This document shows, one piece after another, positions 53,402 through 63,438 of a stretch of DNA of 64,000 nucleotides. The stretch's first letter is position 1, and each line of letters starts with the position of its first letter. The notes beneath the pieces are model-generated. The model worked only from the letters and a program-made list of their open reading frames with translations, did not search any database and had not been told where the DNA came from. The stretch is from a bacterium (GTDB lineage: Bacteria; Chloroflexota; Dormibacteria; Aeolococcales; Bog-877). Position numbers and translations under genes: made by a program. Where the stretch lies: positions 5,396 through 69,395 of the forward strand of contig JAJYXT010000036.1 in assembly GCA_021801645.1 (NCBI GenBank). The letters run 5' to 3'.

Positions 53402-55465
53402 ATGAAGTGGTTCGCGTCACTGATCACCGGCCGCCGTTCGAAGTGGATTGTGATCGTCGTCTGGCTGCTAGGGGCGTCGGCCCTGGTCCCGTTCTCGTCC
53501 AAGCTGGCCGCGGTGGAGCAGAACAGTCAGGCGAGCTTTGTCCCCTCAGGCGCCCCGTCTACCGTGGTATCCGACCTCGAGTCACGCTTTCCCGACCTCA
53601 ATAGATTGGCGGCCCTCGCGGTTCTCTATCGGGCCCAAGGCCTCAGCGAATCAGACCTGGCCTATGCCCACTCGCTGAAGTCGCACATTGACAGGCTCGG
53701 GTTGGTGGGCGTGAGCGCAGTCCTGCCGGTCGCGGTGTCCGCCAGCCGCCGTGGGGCCATCATCGAGGTGGCGCTCCAGGCCGGGACCTCGGCTACCGCA
53801 GTGGCTACCGACGTCAGCCGCCTGAGATCGGCGTTGGCCGGTGCACCCCCCGGAGTCTCCACCGGCGTTGGGGGCCCAGCCGCTGTTCTGGCGGACACGG
53901 CCTCCGCCTTCTCCGGGATCGACGGGGTGCTGCTCCTGGCAACGGTTCTGGTGGTGACGGTGCTGCTGCTTCTGACTTACCGCAGCATTCTGCTCTGGCT
54001 GTTCCCCCTTATCACCGTGGGACTGGCGTCGCTCTTGGGACAGGCCGCCGTCTACCTGCTGGCCCGGAGCGGATTCGTGGTCAACGGGATGACCGTGGGC
54101 ATCTTAACTGTCCTCATGTTCGGCGCCGGCACCGACTACTCCCTTCTGCTCGTCGCTAGGTATCGAGAGGAGTTGCGGTCGGAGGCTCGCCCATCGCGGG
54201 CGATGGCTACAGCGCTGCGTCGGGTGGCCCCCACCCTGGCGGTATCGGCCGGGACCGTGATCCTAAGCTTGTTGATTCTGCTGGCGGCGCAGGAGCGTGA
54301 TATCCGGGCGCTTGGCCCGGTCGGGGCCATCGGGATCGCGTCGGTCCTCCTGGGCACCCTTACCCTCCTGCCCGCCCTGCTCCTGGTCTTCGGCCGGGCA
54401 GCGTTCTGGCCCTTAGTGCCGAAGATGGGGCAGGACGTACGCTCGCGGCGGCTCAGCTGGCAGTCGGTGGCCAGCTGGGTTGCGCGGCACCCCCGGCAGC
54501 TGGCCGGCGCCGGCATCAGCGCACTCGCCATTCTGTGCATCGGCCTCGCGGCGTATCCGGGCCCTCTGCCGCAGTCGAAGAGCTTCAGTGGGCGAGTGCC
54601 CTCGGCCACCGCTCAATGGCTCATCTCCCAAGCCTTCCCCGCGGGCAGCACCGGCCCCGTGGTGGTGGCCACGGTGGACCCAGGGCTCCTTCCCGCGGCC
54701 CGGCAGGTGGCTAGCCGAGTCCCGGGGATAGAGGGCGTAGGGCCCGGCTTCGCAGCCAGTGGTGCTGGCGTGTTCGAGGCGACGTTGGCGGCTCCGCCGG
54801 AGGGCGCCCGGGCTGAATCCGTGGTCAAGGACCTGCGAGCGGCTGAGAGCCTGCACTTCGGGGGTCGGGTGCTGGTGGGCGGACCGACGGCAGTGCAAAT
54901 TGACCTCAATGAGGCTGCGGCCCACGATCGCCTGGTGATCATCCCCCTCGTCCTGCTGGTGGTGCTGGTCATGCTGGCTCTGCTTCTCCGCTCGCTGATG
55001 GCACCGGTGCTGCTCACGCTCTCCGTCGTGCTCTCGTACCTGGCCGCGCTGGGGCTGTCCAGCCTGGCGTTCCGCTGGATCTTCGGGTTCGCCGGGATCG
55101 ACTCCTCGGTCGCCTTGTTGGGTTTCGTGTTCCTGGTGGCGCTTGGGGTCGACTACACGGTCTTTTTGGCGTCGCGGATCCGCCAGGAGGCTCCCGCGGA
55201 CGCTGAGGGCGGGGTCCGGGTGGCGCTGGCGGCCACCGGCGGTGTGATCACGTCTGCGGGACTGGTCCTGGCCGCGACGTTCACCGTTCTCGGGGTACTG
55301 CCCCTGGTGGCCCTCACGGAGCTGGGGTTCCTGGTGGCCGTTGGGGTACTGCTGGACACCTTCATCGTCCGCAGCCTGGTGGTTCCGGCGGTGGCGCTGC
55401 TCCTCGGCGAACGATTCTGGTGGCCGTGGAGACCGCGCCAGTCCCCTTTCCACGGCCCTCTGTGA
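53402..55465 (+). CDS. MMPL-family (RND superfamily) membrane transporter
   Basis: ATG at 53402 (MKWFASLITGRRSKWIVIVVWLL). Two 6-TM bundles each follow a soluble loop, and the LLLVARYREEL motif is present. GTG at 53354 is an alternative start. Confidence 0.88.
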   Translation: MKWFASLITGRRSKWIVIVVWLLGASALVPFSSKLAAVEQNSQASFVPSGAPSTVVSDLESRFPDLNRLAALAVLYRAQGLSESDLAYAHSLKSHIDRLGLVGVSAVLPVAVSASRRGAIIEVALQAGTSATAVATDVSRLRSALAGAPPGVSTGVGGPAAVLADTASAFSGIDGVLLLATVLVVTVLLLLTYRSILLWLFPLITVGLASLLGQAAVYLLARSGFVVNGMTVGILTVLMFGAGTDYSLLLVARYREELRSEARPSRAMATALRRVAPTLAVSAGTVILSLLILLAAQERDIRALGPVGAIGIASVLLGTLTLLPALLLVFGRAAFWPLVPKMGQDVRSRRLSWQSVASWVARHPRQLAGAGISALAILCIGLAAYPGPLPQSKSFSGRVPSATAQWLISQAFPAGSTGPVVVATVDPGLLPAARQVASRVPGIEGVGPGFAASGAGVFEATLAAPPEGARAESVVKDLRAAESLHFGGRVLVGGPTAVQIDLNEAAAHDRLVIIPLVLLVVLVMLALLLRSLMAPVLLTLSVVLSYLAALGLSSLAFRWIFGFAGIDSSVALLGFVFLVALGVDYTVFLASRIRQEAPADAEGGVRVALAATGGVITSAGLVLAATFTVLGVLPLVALTELGFLVAVGVLLDTFIVRSLVVPAVALLLGERFWWPWRPRQSPFHGPL

Positions 55466-55512
55466 GGCACCGGTAGGGGAGGGGAGGTCCGCGGTCGGCG
55501 GATGATGACCGC

Positions 55513-55863
55513 GTGGGTGCCTTCCGTGAGATGGTGGCCGGGGTGCTCTTGGAGACCTCGCCGGGCGACGTCCTGACGTACGGGGATGTCGCCCGCCTCG
55601 CCGGTCACCCCGGGGCGGCCCGTGCGGTTGGCAGGGTGCTGGCCAGTTCCAACGGCTTGCCCTGGTGGCGCGTGGTGACTGCCAGCGGCCGGCTGGTGCC
55701 GGGACTGGAGGCGGAGCAGGCCAGTCGGCTGGAGCGGGAGGCCCGAGGAGGCGCGGAGGAATTCAGCCGGCCGGGGGATGCGGCCGCAGGTCCAGGACTC
55801 GCTTGGCCTTCCCCAGGGACCGTTCGAGGAGGCCGGGCTCGATCACGTCGACATCCAGATTGA
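55513..55863 (+). CDS. Alkyltransferase-like (ATL) protein: MGMT DNA-binding domain with Trp in place of the active-site Cys
   Basis: TYGDVARLAGHPGAARAVGRVLASSNGLPWWRVV, i.e. PWWRV where MGMT has PCHRV. The 3' 101 nt overlap the convergent paaK. Confidence 0.8.
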   Translation: MGAFREMVAGVLLETSPGDVLTYGDVARLAGHPGAARAVGRVLASSNGLPWWRVVTASGRLVPGLEAEQASRLEREARGGAEEFSRPGDAAAGPGLAWPSPGTVRGGRARSRRHPD

Positions 55864-57109
55864 CACCCAGTGCGTGCTTCAAGCGCTGGGCGAGCTCGGC
55901 GCCCAACCCCTCCCTCCGGTCGGCGCTGGCCGCCTCCGGCCGCGCCTCGACCCTGACCGTCATTTCGTCCAGCCGCTCTGGGCGGCTTAGCACACAGAGG
56001 AAATGGGGGGAGAGCCCAGGGACACCCAGGATGACTTCCTCCACCTGACTGGGGAACAGGTTGACCCCGCGCAGGATGATCATGTCGTCGGTCCGCCCAC
56101 GGATACGCTCCATCCGCCGCATGGGGCGGGCGGTCCCCGGGAGCAGGCGGGTGAGGTCCCGGGTGCGGTAGCGAAGCAGTGGCATCGCCTCCTTGGTGAG
56201 CGTGGTCAGGACCAGCTCACCCACCTCGCCGTCGGGAAGTGGGTGCCCGGAGACCGGATCCACCACCTCGGCGAGGAAGTGGTCCTCCCATAGGGTCAGG
56301 CCGTCCTTGGTTTCCACGCACTCCTGGGCAACTCCGGGTCCCATCACCTCGGAGAGCCCGTAGATGTCCACGGCGTGCATGTCGGCCCGCGCCTCGATCT
56401 CACGCCGCATCTCCTCGGTCCAGGGCTCGGCGCCGAAGATCCCGACCTTGAGATTGGACTCCCGTGGATCTATCCCCAGGCGCTCGAACTCGTCGAGGAT
56501 GACCAGCATGTACGACGGTGTGAGCATGATCACGTCGGCCTGAAGGTCGCGCAGCAGGGTCACCTGGCGCTCGGTCATTCCCCCGGAGGCCGGCACCACG
56601 GTGCATCCCAAACGCTCGGCACCGTAGTGCGCCCCCAGGCCACCGGTGAACAGCCCGTAGCCGTAGGCCACGTGAACCAGGTCGCCGGGACGGCCGCCGG
56701 CGGCCCGGATGCTCCGAGCCACCAAGGACGACCAGGTGTCCAGATCTCTGCGCGTGTAGGCGACTACCGTCGGCTTGCCGGTGGTGCCGCTGGAGGCGTG
56801 GATACGCAGGAGTTGGGAGCGGGGGACGGCGAGCATCCCCAGGGGATAGTTCTGTCGGAGCTGCTCCTTGTCCGTGAACGGCAGCTGCTGGACCACCTCC
56901 AGGGACCGGATGTCCTGGGGTGCGATCCCCGCCTCATCCAGGGTGCGCCTGTAGAAGGGCACGTTCTCGTAGGCATGGGCAACCGCGTGTTGGAGACGCG
57001 CCAGCTGCAGCTCCAGCAGCTGCTCCCTGGGGGCGCGTTCCTCGGGGTCGAGGGTGGACGGGTCAGGGGTGAGGTCGCGCAATTCAGTGGGTCCTTCCGG
57101 CGCCGGCAC
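55763..57109 (-). CDS. paaK: Phenylacetate-CoA ligase
   Basis: 448 aa with HAYENVPFYRRTLDEAGI, IHASSGTTGKPTVVAYT and the C-terminal GKAKRVLD. TTG at 57082, 1 nt after the paaI stop, is an alternative start. Confidence 0.92.
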   Translation of the reverse strand: MPAPEGPTELRDLTPDPSTLDPEERAPREQLLELQLARLQHAVAHAYENVPFYRRTLDEAGIAPQDIRSLEVVQQLPFTDKEQLRQNYPLGMLAVPRSQLLRIHASSGTTGKPTVVAYTRRDLDTWSSLVARSIRAAGGRPGDLVHVAYGYGLFTGGLGAHYGAERLGCTVVPASGGMTERQVTLLRDLQADVIMLTPSYMLVILDEFERLGIDPRESNLKVGIFGAEPWTEEMRREIEARADMHAVDIYGLSEVMGPGVAQECVETKDGLTLWEDHFLAEVVDPVSGHPLPDGEVGELVLTTLTKEAMPLLRYRTRDLTRLLPGTARPMRRMERIRGRTDDMIILRGVNLFPSQVEEVILGVPGLSPHFLCVLSRPERLDEMTVRVEARPEAASADRREGLGAELAQRLKHALGVNLDVDVIEPGLLERSLGKAKRVLDLRPHPPAG

Positions 57110-57545
57110 GTGCGTCGGACAGCCGCCGGGAGCGGCCCCGAAACTCTGCCACCACCCGCTGGCTAGCGGACTCCCGCACGGTCACATCGTAGATGCCGCT
57201 CCTGCCCTGGAGCTGGCGCTCCGTAGCCGTGGCCTCGAGCTTCTCTCCAACCTCTGCCGGGCTGAGGAAGTCGACCGTGGCACCGGCCGCCAGCACCGTC
57301 CCACCCCTCGAGTTGGAGGCGAAGGCGAAGGCGGTGTCCGCCAGGGCGAAGATCAGCCCGCCATGACAGACGCCGTGTCCGTTGGCCATCCTGGGGGTTA
57401 CCAGCATCTCGACCCGGCTCCGCCCGGGGCCGACCTCAAGCAACGCCATCCCGAGCCATTGCGAGGCCTGGTCCTTCTCCCAGAGCGCCGATCCGGGCGC
57501 CCTGTGCAGGGGCAGCGGGGTGGCCCCCGGCGTGGCCGAGTCCAT
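57084..57545 (-). CDS. paaI: PaaI-type hotdog-fold thioesterase
   Basis: NGHGVCHGGLIFALADTAFAFASN. It sits directly upstream of paaK. Confidence 0.85.
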   Translation of the reverse strand: MDSATPGATPLPLHRAPGSALWEKDQASQWLGMALLEVGPGRSRVEMLVTPRMANGHGVCHGGLIFALADTAFAFASNSRGGTVLAAGATVDFLSPAEVGEKLEATATERQLQGRSGIYDVTVRESASQRVVAEFRGRSRRLSDARAGAGRTH

Positions 57546-57603
57546 GGCCAGCTATGGTAGTGGCAGGTCCTGTTCGAGATCGGGCAGGACCCTCCGGGCG
57601 TGA

Positions 57604-58110
57604 TTGGAGACGACTGACCAGATGCAGCAGGTTTACTCGGTGGAACGCACCATCCATGCTTCCCCTGGGGTTGTCTTCACCCTCGTGGCGGACGCAGCGC
57701 GCCACCCCGACATAGATGGTTCCGGCACCGTGCGGCGGTTGCGACCCGGCGCGACTCGCATGCTCTCACTGGGGTCGGTGTTCGGGATGGAGATGCGGGT
57801 CGGGGTGCGCTACTCGATGCGGAACGAGGTTATCGAGTTCGAGCCCGATCGCCGCATCGCCTGGAGGACCACTGTGGCGGGCGCCCTCGGCCGCTGGGCC
57901 GGGGGTCGGGTCTGGCGCTACGAGCTCGAGGAGGTGCCGGAAGGGACCAGGGTGAGGGAGTCGTGGGACATCTCCGGGGACAAGCAGCGCTGGCTCCTCG
58001 GTAGGTTCGGCACGCCGGCGAACACCCTGCGCAACATGGAGCGGACCCTGGAGCGCATAGCTGAGCTGACCGAGGCCCATCCGCCCGCGGCCATTCCCGA
58101 GCCGGGATGA
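57604..58110 (+). CDS. SRPBCC (polyketide cyclase/dehydrase-like) family protein
   Basis: 168-aa ORF with VERTIHASPGVVFTLVADAARHPDIDGSG...EFEPDRRIAWRT...WRYELEEVPEGTRV. Confidence 0.75.
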   Translation: METTDQMQQVYSVERTIHASPGVVFTLVADAARHPDIDGSGTVRRLRPGATRMLSLGSVFGMEMRVGVRYSMRNEVIEFEPDRRIAWRTTVAGALGRWAGGRVWRYELEEVPEGTRVRESWDISGDKQRWLLGRFGTPANTLRNMERTLERIAELTEAHPPAAIPEPG

Positions 58111-58454
58111 GGGACGGGGGCCTTCGGCAGGTGGGGTGGCTGGCGATCGCAGTGGGCATCGTGCTGCTGGCGGGCGCGGGGCCACTGAGCCGCCGGGCCC
58201 TGGGGCCGGGGGTATCTGGACCCCTGGGCCTGCGGCTGGCGGGGGTCCGAGACCTAGCCATCGGGGTGGCCATGGCGCGTCAGCCGAGCCGAGCCGGGTC
58301 CACAGGCGGTACCTGGGCACGAGTGGCCATTGCGATCCAGGTCGGCGACCTAGCCGTGTTCCTAGTCCAGTGGGTGCGCCGCAGGATCAGCTGGATCCCG
58401 CTCGTGGGAGTCGCCGCGGGCGCTGCGGCCACCTGGCGCCTCCTCCGTGGCTGA
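58107..58454 (+). CDS. Hypothetical small membrane protein (about 4 TM)
   Basis: 115-aa ORF with an ATGA overlap onto the SRPBCC gene. It has hydrophobic helices and coding-like GC3. Confidence 0.6.
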   Translation: MRDGGLRQVGWLAIAVGIVLLAGAGPLSRRALGPGVSGPLGLRLAGVRDLAIGVAMARQPSRAGSTGGTWARVAIAIQVGDLAVFLVQWVRRRISWIPLVGVAAGAAATWRLLRG

Positions 58455-58520
58455 TGGCGCCCAGCCGGGAGCCCCAACCGGACCGCTGGGACCTGAGACT
58501 GTGGCGCTTGCCCCGATGCC

Positions 58521-59204
58521 TCAGGGGCCCTCGGGGCTGTGGCGGGCGCCCTGGACGGCGATGGCCGGCCAGGCAACCGCGGCGAAGAGGAGCGGGCAGA
58601 CGAAGAAGGCCACGACGACATAGACCGGCCACGGGCCCATGACCCTGAGGGGGTCCCAGCCCGGCGGGGGGCGCCTCAGGAACATGTAGTCACCCCCGGT
58701 CGCCAGGTTGACCAGGCCGTCGCTGGAAGCCAGCACGGTGGTGGTTGCCCAGGCCACCATGACCGTGCCCCATCCGACATCGGCCCCCGGCCGGGCGGCG
58801 CCGATGACAGTGGCTCCGGCCAGCAAGCTCGCGTGGTCCACCCAGAAGGCGAAGTAGAGGGGCGATGGCGGTAGCGCGCCTGGCGCGGGGAAGGCCAGCG
58901 CCAGCAGCGAGCTAGGAAGCGCGAGCAGGTAAGCCAGGCCGGCGAGTCGGCGGCTGCGGTTCCAGGCGAGGGCGGCGATCATGATGAAGGTGGCCAGGTC
59001 GGACAGCTGCAGGGGCAGACTGGAGGAAGCAGCCCAGCTTCCAGCCACAACGGGCCAGAGGAGCAGGGTGGCCTCTGACGCCACCAGCAGGCCGGCAAGG
59101 GCCAAGCTGAGCACCGATGCGGTGCTGGATGAGCCACAAGCCGCCCAGGCCAGGCCGGCTGCGCCGGCGATCGAGAGGGCCAGCGCCACCGCCATCGGGT
59201 TCAC
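58521..59204 (-). CDS. Hypothetical polytopic membrane protein (possibly YwaF/TIGR02206-like)
   Basis: 227-aa ORF with about 7 hydrophobic segments. The family assignment is from memory only. Confidence 0.6.
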   Translation of the reverse strand: MNPMAVALALSIAGAAGLAWAACGSSSTASVLSLALAGLLVASEATLLLWPVVAGSWAASSSLPLQLSDLATFIMIAALAWNRSRRLAGLAYLLALPSSLLALAFPAPGALPPSPLYFAFWVDHASLLAGATVIGAARPGADVGWGTVMVAWATTTVLASSDGLVNLATGGDYMFLRRPPPGWDPLRVMGPWPVYVVVAFFVCPLLFAAVAWPAIAVQGARHSPEGP

Positions 59205-59269
59205 CAGGCACCGTCACCAGCCGACCGGGATCCTCGGGCGGAGGAGGGCGAGAGCGGTATCATCGGGCC

Positions 59270-60178
59270 ATGTCAGAACATACGTGCGGTATGCTGCATT
59301 TGCGCGGTGGAGGAGGGGAGCCCGTGATCCTGGAGCGGGTCCTCCTCTCCCACGGTGTGGCCTCCCTGCCTCCGAACGTGGTGAGCTCGGGGATGCTGAC
59401 AACTAACCTCGCCGGGCCGGACGGTCGGGTCCGCCGGCTGACGGTGCGGGGCTCGGGGGCGGACCGCGTCACCGTCACCTGCGACGGCCCTCGGCTGCCG
59501 GCCCGTGAGGCGCAATGGTGGCTGGATCAAGCGTCCCGCATTTTGCGCCTGGAGGAGGACCTGTCGCCGTTCTACGAGCTCGCCGCCGCCGACCCCGAGC
59601 TGGGGTGGGTCGCAGCCGGCGCCGGGAGGATGATGGCGGCACCCACGGTGTTCGAGGAGGTGGTCAAGACCATCTGCACCACCAACTGCTCCTGGGGCGC
59701 CACCGAGCGGATGGTGAGGGCCCTGGTGGAGAATCTCGGCCCGGCAGGGCGGGACGGGAGCCGTGCCTTTCCCACTGCTGAGCGGATGGCTCAGGCTCCG
59801 CTGGCCGTCTATAGCGAGAGTGTCAGGGCGGGCTACCGAGCGAGGTACCTGTGGGAGTGCGCCCAGACGGTCGCCAGTGGGCAGATCAACCTGGAGGAGC
59901 TTCGGGCCCCCGAGCTTCCGGATGACGAGGTGGAACGTCGGTTGCTCCGGCTGCCGGGAGTCGGTCCCTATGCGGTGAGCCATCTGATGCTGACCGCGCT
60001 CGGGCGCTATCAGCGCTTGGTCCTGGACTCCTGGACGCTCCCAACCTGGGCTAGGCTCAGCGGTGCGGCTCCGGACGCCAGGACGGTCGAGGCGCGCTTC
60101 GCGCCCTTTGGCCGGTATCGCGGCCTCGCCTTCTGGATGTACCTCACCAAGGGATGGACAGACTCGCAGCTGGGATAG
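59270..60178 (+). CDS. DNA-3-methyladenine glycosylase II family (AlkA-like, HhH-GPD)
   Basis: ATG at 59270 (MSEHTCG...). Sequences FEEVVKTICTTNCSWGATERMV, HhH LLRLPGVGPYAVSHLML, and the LVLDSW Asp. Confidence 0.8.
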   Translation: MSEHTCGMLHLRGGGGEPVILERVLLSHGVASLPPNVVSSGMLTTNLAGPDGRVRRLTVRGSGADRVTVTCDGPRLPAREAQWWLDQASRILRLEEDLSPFYELAAADPELGWVAAGAGRMMAAPTVFEEVVKTICTTNCSWGATERMVRALVENLGPAGRDGSRAFPTAERMAQAPLAVYSESVRAGYRARYLWECAQTVASGQINLEELRAPELPDDEVERRLLRLPGVGPYAVSHLMLTALGRYQRLVLDSWTLPTWARLSGAAPDARTVEARFAPFGRYRGLAFWMYLTKGWTDSQLG

Positions 60179-60213
60179 AGAGCGGCCGGAACCCCGTGGC
60201 GGTAGCCGCTGCC

Positions 60214-60540
60214 TTACAGCTGGCGCAGGCGCTGGCGAGCCACCCTGAAAATGAGTGCCCCAGACAGGATCACGATCACGGCCAGTGCGCCAAGGACCGC
60301 TTGGGCCGGTCCCGTGTCGCTCAAGAAGAAGAGACCGGGCACGGCAATCGCCATGAGCAACAGCCAGAGGCCGCTCACCACCATGGTTCCGCCAGCCAGG
60401 ATCCCGATGACTCCCATGGTTACGGAGTAGGCGACGCCTCCGGGGCTTCGCCCGGGTCCTGGACCGTCGGCGCGGGCGACCAGAACGTACAGCGTTCCGA
60501 TCACCACGGCGAAGAGCAAGACCGTGACAGCGGAGATCAT
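60214..60540 (-). CDS. Hypothetical small membrane protein (about 4 TM)
   Basis: 108-aa ORF, very hydrophobic, with a basic C-terminus (RVARQRLRQL). Confidence 0.55.
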   Translation of the reverse strand: MISAVTVLLFAVVIGTLYVLVARADGPGPGRSPGGVAYSVTMGVIGILAGGTMVVSGLWLLLMAIAVPGLFFLSDTGPAQAVLGALAVIVILSGALIFRVARQRLRQL

Positions 60541-60646
60541 CGTGGCTGATCGTAGGCGGCCAGCACCCAGTGGGCAAGGGTGTCTCCGGCTGTCCCGACC
60601 GAACGCCGGGAGAGGAAGCCAGCGGTCCCGCAGTCGCTTAGCACAC

Positions 60647-60662
60647 GATAAGGTCTCTTATC
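60647..60662. repeat. Perfect inverted repeat GATAAG-GTCT-CTTATC in an AT-richer non-coding patch
   Basis: Read directly from the sequence. It overlaps the stop of the candidate ORF 60661..60888. Confidence 0.5.
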
Positions 60663-60888
60663 AGGACCCTAATAGCAATCGGACCCGGTTGGCCGCGTCT
60701 CCCCTCTGGTCCGTCGATTCGAAGTTTCCAGCCGTGTCTGACTGGGTGTAGCCGCGTTTGGGTGGCGCCTCGGCGTCCCTGGCTCCTGGAAGCAGCAGCG
60801 CCAGGGCGCACAGCGCTGGCAGAACGCCGCCCAGGGTCAGCATGGTCCGGACCCGGATGGCACCGCCCGGCAGCCCCCCGGCGACCAT
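60661..60888 (-). CDS. Candidate small secreted protein (signal-peptide-like N-terminus), hypothetical
   Basis: Sequence is MVAGGLPGGAIRVRTMLTLGGVLPALCALALLLPGARDAEAPPKRGYTQSDTAGNFESTDQRGDAANRVRLLLGS. GC3 is high over the first two thirds and drops near the end. TTG at 60921 or ATG at 60843 are alternative starts. Confidence 0.35.
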   Translation of the reverse strand: MVAGGLPGGAIRVRTMLTLGGVLPALCALALLLPGARDAEAPPKRGYTQSDTAGNFESTDQRGDAANRVRLLLGS

Positions 60889-61180
60889 GCCCACCGGCGT
60901 GTGGGTCGTGGTCGTGATCAAGGCGCGGCGCGGACTCGGCCAAGCGGCTCAGAGGGTATGGGCGTCGCGGGCGGGAGAAGCAGAGGACCGCCGCGAGGCC
61001 GGAGGGTCCCGATTCAACTTAGGTGCCGCCTGTCGCGAGCGGGAGACGACTTCCCCAGTTTGGCCCCGATCGGCCGCGAAGCGCTGAGCTCCGGCCCCGG
61101 CCCTCTCCGTTCGGAACGGCGCCGGAGGACAGCAGGACATCGCTTGTTAGGGCCGCCTCGACCGGTTTGGGGCGACCCGG

Positions 61181-61936
61181 ATGAGGTGGCTCCAAGTTCG
61201 GCTGGTCCGTGATCCGTTCTCGCGGCGGGAGGCGCGGGTTGGGGTTCGCTACACTCGGGCGGACTTAGCTCTCCTGGGTTTCGGCCCCTTCAGCTGCACT
61301 TTGAGTCGACCATACAAAGTCTCTAGCTCACTCCCCACCACACTTCTGGACGAGGGCCCGCGAGGGAACCAGCGGCTCACCGCCGGGCTGGCAGTGCTCC
61401 TCCTGGTGGTACTCGCACTCGAGGGCGCGACCCTCCTGGTGATACGGCAGTCGATCGTGCTGCACATCTTCCTGGGCATGGTACTGGTGCCGCTCACGGC
61501 CCTGAAGTTCGCCAGCACCGGGTACCGCATCGTCCGCTACTACTTGGGCTCTCGGCCATACGTGCGGCGCGGGCCACCGGCGATCATCCCGCGGCTGCTA
61601 GGCCCGGTGGTGGCTGGGCTGACCGTGGCGCTGCTGGCGACCGGCGTGGTGTTGGTCCTGATCCCTCCCGCTCCGAGCTCGCTCCTGACCCTGCACAAGG
61701 TGGTCTTCGTGCTCTGGTTTGGGGCCATGACCCTCCACGTGCTAATCCATCTCATCGACCTGCCCGCGCCCGTGCTGGCCGACTGGCGGCCTGGCTCTCC
61801 CTGGCTACGGGGAATGACAGCTCGCCGAGCCACAGTTGCGGCGGGGCTGGCCGCGGGTGTTGTGCTGGGGCTCGTCTTCCTCCCAGCGAGCTCCGGTTGG
61901 GCTCACTACCTTGCGGGTGGAGGCATGACCGGCTGA
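61181..61936 (+). CDS. Hypothetical 4-5 TM membrane protein with conserved-looking His residues (DUF4405/cytochrome-b-like?)
   Basis: The hydrophobic core starts at LTAGLAVLLLVVLALEG. His-containing helices are LHIFLGMVLVPLTALK and LHKVVFVLWFGAMTLHVLIHLID. The true start is probably internal, for example TTG at 61301. Confidence 0.6.
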   Translation: MRWLQVRLVRDPFSRREARVGVRYTRADLALLGFGPFSCTLSRPYKVSSSLPTTLLDEGPRGNQRLTAGLAVLLLVVLALEGATLLVIRQSIVLHIFLGMVLVPLTALKFASTGYRIVRYYLGSRPYVRRGPPAIIPRLLGPVVAGLTVALLATGVVLVLIPPAPSSLLTLHKVVFVLWFGAMTLHVLIHLIDLPAPVLADWRPGSPWLRGMTARRATVAAGLAAGVVLGLVFLPASSGWAHYLAGGGMTG

Positions 61937-61987
61937 CCGGGTGCTCCCCTCCCCCACCCCGGGGCCGGGGTGGACTCGCGGTTGGTC

Positions 61988-62670
<683 letters not shown>

Positions 62671-62734
62671 ACTTTCAGCGGCCGGGGAGCCGCTCTCCGT
62701 CCTCGCTCGTTCGCTCGCGCCGCTCGGCAGAGCC

Positions 62735-63376
62735 ATGGTGGTGGTGGCCCATCCGGACGACGAGAGCTTCGGTCTGGGCGCGGTGCTGGGTGCTCTGGTG
62801 GAGGCCGGAATGGACGTCCGGCTCCTCTGCCTCACCGCCGGGGAGGCTTCAACGGTGGGCGCGGGGCCCGCTCTGGTGGAGCAGCGTCGCCATGAGGTGC
62901 TGGCGGCTGCGGCGGTCCTGGGACTCGCCTCGGTCAGGCTGGAGGAGTTGCCCGACGGCGGGCTGTCGACGGTGCCCCTAGATCAGCTGACGGCGCTGGT
63001 GGAGCAGGAGCTGGCGGACTCCCGGCTGCTGGTCGGCTTCGAGCGCCTGGGTGTCACCGGGCACCGTGACCACTCCGCGGCAACCGCGGCAGCTCTCAGG
63101 GTGGCCTCTGCTCATAGGCTGGCCAGCTTGGAGTGGGGGGTACCCGATGAGGTTGCGAGGCAGCTGGGCGCGCTCGTCGGGACGCGCTTCACTGGCTTCG
63201 CTCGCGGCGCCGGGGAACCTAGGCAGCTCCAGGTGGACCGGGCGGTTCAGGAGCGTGCCATCGCCTGCCACCTCAGCCAGGATCCCCACAACGTGGTGTT
63301 GCGCACCCGACTGGCACTCCAGGGTGACCGGGAGTGGGTTCGCCTGGTCCGCCGAGGCATCCGGCTCCGGAGCTGA
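62735..63376 (+). CDS. PIG-L/LmbE-family N-acetylglucosaminyl deacetylase
   Basis: MVVVAHPDDESFGLG and VTGHRDH motifs. ATG at 62735; the track start at 62582 lies inside the csoR-like gene. Confidence 0.8.
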   Translation: MVVVAHPDDESFGLGAVLGALVEAGMDVRLLCLTAGEASTVGAGPALVEQRRHEVLAAAAVLGLASVRLEELPDGGLSTVPLDQLTALVEQELADSRLLVGFERLGVTGHRDHSAATAAALRVASAHRLASLEWGVPDEVARQLGALVGTRFTGFARGAGEPRQLQVDRAVQERAIACHLSQDPHNVVLRTRLALQGDREWVRLVRRGIRLRS

Positions 63377-63438
63377 CGGAGGCCCAGCGGGGATCTGTCC
63401 GGCGGACGCCGAGGGGGCAGTTTTGGCAAGCTTGCCGG

